NCBI GenBank assembly: GCA_040905565.1
Contig: JBBDRF010000077.1
Coordinates: 53,794 to 74,363, forward strand
Length of the DNA stretch: 20,570 nt
From: Phycisphaeraceae bacterium
GTDB lineage: Bacteria; Planctomycetota; Phycisphaerae; Phycisphaerales; Zrk34
Reading direction: 5' to 3'
Below, one piece after another: positions 15,546 to 20,570 of the stretch. The notes beneath the pieces are model-generated. The model had not been told where the DNA came from, did not search any database, and saw only the letters and a program-made list of their open reading frames with translations. Made by a program: the position numbers and the translations under genes. The number at the start of each line of letters is the position of its first letter. Position 1 is the first letter of the stretch.

Positions 15546-15702
15546 GCACGTCTCTCGAAGGCGCTTGTCCAAGCAGTGGGTTTAGCGTAACAATGGGCGT
15601 TTGGCAATGCGCTCGTTCGCGGGGTACAGAGCAGATGGCGGGCGACGCAGATAAACTGCTTCCCCCGCGCTGGAAGCAGACCGGAAGAAGAGAAGAAAAA
15701 AT

Positions 15703-15801
15703 AACCACCGAGTCACAGAGGAAGAGGAGGTAAGAAAGAAGATGAAAAGATGCTTTCTCTCTTGCCTTGCTCTTCTCCTCCCCCTCTGTGACTCTGTGGT
15801 T
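15703..15801. repeat. Miniature inverted-repeat element, family D, second copy
   Basis: AACCACCGAGTCACAGAGG / CCTCTGTGACTCTGTGGTT; shares inner GAGGAGGTAAGAAA and GCCTTGCTCTTCTCCTC with the 14051 copy. Confidence 0.85.
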
Positions 15802-15908
15802 CAATCTCCGCATCGGCAGAGTCGGATTGGGTAATCCGCTGCCCACAATTTGCCGTTCACCCTTGCGGGCCAATGCGTGAGGCGGACGAGAAACAGGCGA
15901 TTCACTTC

Positions 15909-16949
15909 ATGAGCGACCCACTGATCCATCCCGAGGAGGAAGGCGCCGAAGCGCCGGCCAGTCGTTGGCGGTGGGTGTTTTACGGGTTCGCGGTGGCGCT
16001 GCTGGTGGCGTGCGTTTATTTCGCGGTGCAGGGGGCGCAGGGCGAGGACGGGCCTTCTGGCTGGCAACGGCTGCGTGAGGCGGCATGGCAGGATCTGGCG
16101 ATGATGCTCGGCCTGGTCGTCGGCAGCGTGGCGATCAACGGCTGGCTATTCTGGATGATCCTCAAACCGTTCGAGCCGGACCATCAGCAGCATCGGCCGG
16201 TGACGCTGCGGGAGATGGTCGGGCTGATCGCGGCTTCTTCGCTGCTGAATTATCTGCCGATGCGGGCGGGCATGATCGGCCGGGCGGCGTACCTCAAACG
16301 GCTGCACGGCGTGGATTACAAATCGTCGGTCGCAATGCTCGTCATCGTCGCCGGGGCGACGGTCTTCGTCTTCGTGCTCATGGCGGCAGCGACGCTGTGG
16401 CGCGAAGGGCTCGACGCGATCTGGTGGGCGACGGTGGCGGCGGGCATCGTGGCGGCTTCGGTCGTCGCGGTGCCGATGATGCGATGGAAGCTGAAGCTGC
16501 TGCGGGGCGTGCCGCTCGGTTGGTTCGAACACCACCGAAGGCAAACCGCAATGCTGCTGACGCTGATCATGGCGGCGCGGGCGGCGGACGTTTTGATGCT
16601 CGCGGGAAGGCTTTACATCGCAGCGGCGATTTTCGGCACGCCGTTGGAATGGCCGGGTGCGGTCGTCATGGCGACAGGGGGAATGCTGATCACGCTCGCG
16701 ACGCCGTTGCCGAACGGGCTGGGCTTGCGCGAGGGCCTGTACGGCTTGTTCGCAGCGGTCGGCGTGGCGGGGGCAGCGATGCCCGACGGCCCGATGGGCG
16801 TGGCGATCGGCCTGATGGACCGGGCGGCCGAGGCGGTCGTCTTCATCGTCGTCGGCGTCATCGCACTGGCTTACCTGCACCGCAAGCAGAAAAGAGCGGG
16901 GGCGCAAGAGGTGCGGCGGGTGGCCGATCACGTCTCGCCGCGAGCGTGA
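15909..16949 (+). CDS. Lysylphosphatidylglycerol-synthase-TM (UPF0104, flippase-like) membrane protein
   Basis: Multiple TM segments; NYLPMRAG..GRA.YLK and TPLPNGLGLREG motifs; start 15909 or 15873. Confidence 0.8.
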   Translation: MSDPLIHPEEEGAEAPASRWRWVFYGFAVALLVACVYFAVQGAQGEDGPSGWQRLREAAWQDLAMMLGLVVGSVAINGWLFWMILKPFEPDHQQHRPVTLREMVGLIAASSLLNYLPMRAGMIGRAAYLKRLHGVDYKSSVAMLVIVAGATVFVFVLMAAATLWREGLDAIWWATVAAGIVAASVVAVPMMRWKLKLLRGVPLGWFEHHRRQTAMLLTLIMAARAADVLMLAGRLYIAAAIFGTPLEWPGAVVMATGGMLITLATPLPNGLGLREGLYGLFAAVGVAGAAMPDGPMGVAIGLMDRAAEAVVFIVVGVIALAYLHRKQKRAGAQEVRRVADHVSPRA

Positions 16950-17002
16950 GCAAGTCGAGGGGGCCCCGCCGCGAGCGCTCGTTCCCCGATCGCAATGTGT
17001 TC

Positions 17003-17125
17003 CGTGTGCCACTGGTGGCTCGCCCACCAGTGCCCGTGAAGTCGACGAGTCGGTACGAGATGCTGCGCACGCCAGTGTTCAGGTTGTACGTCAAGCACTG
17101 GTGGACAAGCCACCAGTGGCACACG
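17003..17125. repeat. REPIN-like inverted pair, family E (CGTGTGCCACTGGTGGCT.G.CCACCAGTGC)
   Basis: 31-nt arms 17003-17033 / 17095-17125, 29/31 identical in inverted orientation, each arm a hairpin; between convergent genes. Confidence 0.85.
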
Positions 17126-17135
17126 TTGAATCGCG

Positions 17136-18677
17136 CTACCCCACGCCGGCGGGCTCGGCTTCGGGGGTTTGCGCGGCGGAGCGTTTGGCGGTGCGGCGCT
17201 TGGCGGCGTAGCGTTTGACCAGTTCGTCGGCCATCACGCCTGCGAGGATGACGGCACCGATGACGGCCCACTCGAGCGTATCGCCGAGGCCGAGCAGGTT
17301 GATCATGTTATGCAGGACGCGGAGGACGGCGGCGGCGATGACGACGCCGAGGATGCCTCCTTCGCCGCCGCGCAGCGAGCAGCCACCGAGTACAGCTGCG
17401 GCGATGGCGTAGAGTTCGAAGAAGAAGCCGTGGCTTGAGGGGGCGACGGAGTTGGTGTCGAGTGCGAAGAGGATGCCGCCGAGCGCGGCGAGTGCGGTGC
17501 AGATGACGTAGGCGAGGATGATGACGCCGCCCGTGTTGATGCCGCTGAAGCGGGCCGCTTCTTCGTTGCGGCCGGTGGCGAGCATGTAACGGCCCCAGAT
17601 GGTCTTGTTCAGGAAGATCGCTGCGAGCACGCCCACGCCGAGGAGGATGAGCGCGGGGTAGGGGAGCCCGAGCGTGACGCCTTCCGCCGTTTCCCAGAGC
17701 GGGAGTTTGCCACGCGCCAGGGGCGTGAGCGAGTTGTGGTACTCCGAGCCGAAGCCGACGGTCTGGTCGTCGACGAGCCAGCGTGCCGCGCCACGGTAGA
17801 TGAGCAGGCCGCAGAGGGTGACGACGAAGGGTTGAATGTTCATCTTCGCGACGAGCAGGCCGTGCAGCAGGCCGAGGAACATGCCGATGCCCATGACCGA
17901 GCCGAGGGCCATGGGGATGGACATAGTCTGTTTGCGTTGGTGGGGGATGGTGAGCCAGGTGTCGTCGACGAGGGCGATTTCACGGTCGACGCGGAGGCGG
18001 GTGCGGTCGTCGAGCAGTTCGACGTGTTCGACGGTGGCGCGGGTTTGTCCGTCTTCGGGGCCGTAGAAGAAGATCTGGTCGCGTCGGGCAAGTTCCTCGT
18101 GCCGGCCGACGAGCGTGACGGTGGCCTGCTCTGATTCGGTGTCACGTTCGACGGCGGCGATGCGGGTGACGCTGGCGATCTGGCCGTAGCGGTCGTCGGC
18201 CGTGAGGGGTTTGTCGATGCTGACGCGCGTGGCGGGGAAGGTGCGGCCGTCGGGCGCGGTGTAGTCCTCGTCCTGCTCGATGCCGGTGATGGTGACCATG
18301 GCTGACCGGGCGCGCCGGCCGCCGAAGAATCGTACATCGTCGCCGATTTCGAACTGGGTGATATCGCCCTTGAAGATGATTTCCTGCTGCTCGCCGTGGA
18401 CCTGCTCGATGGGGCGGAAGTCGACCGGCGCATAGCCGACGGCGAGGAACTTCGCCAGCAGCACGCCCATCACGGCGATGATGGAACCGATGGAAAGATC
18501 GATCCCGCCGGTGATGATGACGAACGCCACGCCGATGCCGATGATCGCATACATCGAGGTGCGGCGGACCAGGTTCTCAAGGTTGAACGGCGTGAGGAAC
18601 GTGTCGCCCGCGAAGATCGACATGATGAGGCAGAGGACGATGAGCAGACAGAAGATGCCGATGACTTTGGCGTTCAT
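17136..18677 (-). CDS. Sugar ABC transporter permease (RbsC/CUT2 family) with a large inserted domain
   Basis: IITGGIDLSIGS, IQPFVVTL, GRNEEAARFSGI, ELYAIAAAVLGG.SL.GGEG. Confidence 0.92.
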   Translation of the reverse strand: MNAKVIGIFCLLIVLCLIMSIFAGDTFLTPFNLENLVRRTSMYAIIGIGVAFVIITGGIDLSIGSIIAVMGVLLAKFLAVGYAPVDFRPIEQVHGEQQEIIFKGDITQFEIGDDVRFFGGRRARSAMVTITGIEQDEDYTAPDGRTFPATRVSIDKPLTADDRYGQIASVTRIAAVERDTESEQATVTLVGRHEELARRDQIFFYGPEDGQTRATVEHVELLDDRTRLRVDREIALVDDTWLTIPHQRKQTMSIPMALGSVMGIGMFLGLLHGLLVAKMNIQPFVVTLCGLLIYRGAARWLVDDQTVGFGSEYHNSLTPLARGKLPLWETAEGVTLGLPYPALILLGVGVLAAIFLNKTIWGRYMLATGRNEEAARFSGINTGGVIILAYVICTALAALGGILFALDTNSVAPSSHGFFFELYAIAAAVLGGCSLRGGEGGILGVVIAAAVLRVLHNMINLLGLGDTLEWAVIGAVILAGVMADELVKRYAAKRRTAKRSAAQTPEAEPAGVG

Positions 18678-18716
18678 GCGAATCTCATGCTATCGGTGAA
18701 TGGGCATTGAACAGGG

Positions 18717-20258
18717 TCAGGTAACGGATTCCGCGGGCTGGGTCGTGGACTCGGGATCGGCGCTTCCGGTGGCCAGTTGCATGATGGCTTCTTCGGAGAG
18801 TTCGTTGCGTGCGAGCTCGCCGGTGAGGCGGCCTTCGTGCATGACGAGGGTGCGATCGGACATGCCGAGCACTTCTTCCATCTCGCTGGAGACGAAGAGG
18901 ATGGCGATGCCCTGCGAGGCGAGGTCTTCCATGACGCGGTAGATTTCCTGCTTGGCGCCGACGTCGACGCCTCGCGTCGGCTCATCGAGCAGCAGCACGC
19001 GGGGCCGAAGCGCGAGCCATTTGCCGATGACGAGTTTCTGCTGATTGCCGCCGGAGAGGAAGCGTGCGATCTGGTGCGGGGACGGCGTCTTGATATTCAG
19101 CTTGTCGGTCATCTCAGCGGTGACGCGTTTTTCCTCGTGCTTGTTGATGAACGCGCCGCCGGCTGCGTGATGGCGGAGGCTGGCCAGGCCGACGTTCTCG
19201 CGGACGGACATTTCGACGATCAGGCCCTGCTGCTTGCGGTCTTCGGGGACGAGGGCGAGGCCCGCGCCGATGGCGTCACTGCATGAGGCAAATTTCACGG
19301 TTTCACCGGCGATGCGGATTTCGCCGCTGAGCGGTTTGTCGACGCCGAACAGTGCCCGCAGCATCTCGGAACGGCCTGCACCGACGAGGCCCGCAAGCCC
19401 GACAATTTCCCCTGCTCGCAGTTTGAACGAGACGCGGTGGTGGGGGTGGTCGGGTGTGCGAAGATCGCGCACCTCGAGGGCGACGTCGCCGGGCTCGTGG
19501 GAGGTGCGGCCGTAGTACTGGGAAATATCGCGGCCGACCATCATGGTCACCATCCGGTCACGCGTGATTTCCACCCGGTCGAGATGGCCTGCGTTTTCAC
19601 CGTCACGGAGCACGGTCACGCGGTCGGCCAGTTCGCTGACTTCGCCGAGGCGGTGGGAGATGTAGATGATACTGACGCCGCGCGACCGCAGGTCTTTGAT
19701 GACCTTGAGCAGTTGTTCGGTTTCGTGCTGGGAGAGGCTGGAGGTCGGCTCGTCCATGATCAGCACGCGGGCGTTGACGGAGAGGGCCTTGGCGATCTCG
19801 ATCATCTGCTGATGGCCGACGGCGAGGGTATCGACCGACGTGCGGGGGGAGACGTTGAGCCCGACGCGCTGCATGGCCTCGGCGGCGCCGCGCTCCATGG
19901 CTTTGTCATCGATGAGCCCGAAGCGTCGCGGCTCGCGGCCGAGGTAGATGTTCTGGGCGGCGTTGAGGTTGCCGCACAGGTTCAGCTCCTGATGGATGAG
20001 GGCGATGCCGGCGTCCATGGCGTCGTTCACGGAGTCCAGCGTCACGGGTTTGCCGTCCAGCAGGATCTCGCCGGAGTCGGGAGGCTGAATGCCCGCGAGG
20101 ATTTTCATCAGCGTGGATTTGCCCGCCCCGTTCTCGCCGATCACGGCCAGCAGCTCGCCGCGGTTGAGCGTCAGTTCCACCTGATGCAACGCGCGCACGC
20201 CGGGGAAACTCTTGCTCACACGGCGCACCTGAAGAATCGGCGTGGCGTCGTCACTCAT
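18717..20258 (-). CDS. Sugar ABC transporter ATP-binding protein (RbsA-like, tandem NBDs)
   Basis: [46 protein letters not shown]. Confidence 0.95.
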   Translation of the reverse strand: MSDDATPILQVRRVSKSFPGVRALHQVELTLNRGELLAVIGENGAGKSTLMKILAGIQPPDSGEILLDGKPVTLDSVNDAMDAGIALIHQELNLCGNLNAAQNIYLGREPRRFGLIDDKAMERGAAEAMQRVGLNVSPRTSVDTLAVGHQQMIEIAKALSVNARVLIMDEPTSSLSQHETEQLLKVIKDLRSRGVSIIYISHRLGEVSELADRVTVLRDGENAGHLDRVEITRDRMVTMMVGRDISQYYGRTSHEPGDVALEVRDLRTPDHPHHRVSFKLRAGEIVGLAGLVGAGRSEMLRALFGVDKPLSGEIRIAGETVKFASCSDAIGAGLALVPEDRKQQGLIVEMSVRENVGLASLRHHAAGGAFINKHEEKRVTAEMTDKLNIKTPSPHQIARFLSGGNQQKLVIGKWLALRPRVLLLDEPTRGVDVGAKQEIYRVMEDLASQGIAILFVSSEMEEVLGMSDRTLVMHEGRLTGELARNELSEEAIMQLATGSADPESTTQPAESVT

Positions 20259-20323
20259 GCCTTTTCAACTCTGCGTAAGGTTGGGAAACGGCGAACCATC
20301 CATCGGGTGGCGAAACAGGACCG

Positions 20324-20570
20324 TTAGTCGGAGGTCAGGGCGCGAAGCTCAGCCCAGTAGGTGTCGACGTTCTCGCGGGTGATGGAGCGGGCGGGGATGT
20401 CGATGAAGGTGTTTTCGGGCAGCGCGTCTTCTCCGCCCTTCAGCACATCCGCAAGCACCTTCACGCTCTGGTAGCCGTATTCGTAGGGGTTCTGGACGAC
20501 GGTGCCGATGCAGTAGCCGTCCTGGATGGCCTGAAGGGTGACTTCGTTTTCGTCGAAGCCGACCATGGCC
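20324..20570 (-). CDS. Sugar ABC substrate-binding protein, C-terminal part (extends beyond the window)
   Basis: VGFD...TL.AI.DG...GTVVQNPYEYGY...ITRENV, typical periplasmic sugar-binding C-terminus. Confidence 0.88.
   Translation of the reverse strand, partial: AMVGFDENEVTLQAIQDGYCIGTVVQNPYEYGYQSVKVLADVLKGGEDALPENTFIDIPARSITRENVDTYWAELRALTSD

Noticed and set aside
14301..16949. Local G-rich plus-strand codon usage as evidence of horizontal transfer
   Set aside because: The skew switches within genes, overall GC looks unchanged by eye, and it cannot be quantified without genome-wide comparison

Overview
GC-rich bacterial chromosomal window, most likely from a planctomycete (Phycisphaerae-like). 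This is inferred from the NuoD 'HPSTHTTLR' variant, a DUF6677-like protein and several lineage-type small proteins, and is not database-verified. Contents in order: a probably sigma28-driven HDOD gene; tRNA-Ala(GGC); def; a TPR protein; a stand-alone nuoD-nuoE-orf64-nuoF-ndh respiratory cluster with a near-consensus Rex/CRP-type palindrome over its predicted start site; a run of small membrane and hypothetical genes, including a hyper-acidic 86-aa protein next to an Arg-rich DRR/GPxRR protein; a 7Fe-type ferredoxin; an S4 RNA-binding protein; a phage-type metallopeptidase homolog lacking its HExxH; DUF421; a GT2 plus LPG-synthase-TM pair; and an Rbs-like sugar ABC transporter whose permease carries a ~170-aa duplicated beta-rich insert. 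Intergenic spaces hold at least five distinct families of REP/REPIN-like inverted repeats. I see no CRISPR array, integrase, transposase or clear defence island. The best novelty leads are the Rex-type control of a split complex I plus NDH-2 unit, the permease insert, an unannotated 40-aa membrane ORF antisense to another gene's tail, the catalytically degenerate peptidase, the acidic/Arg-rich gene pair and the repeat diversity.
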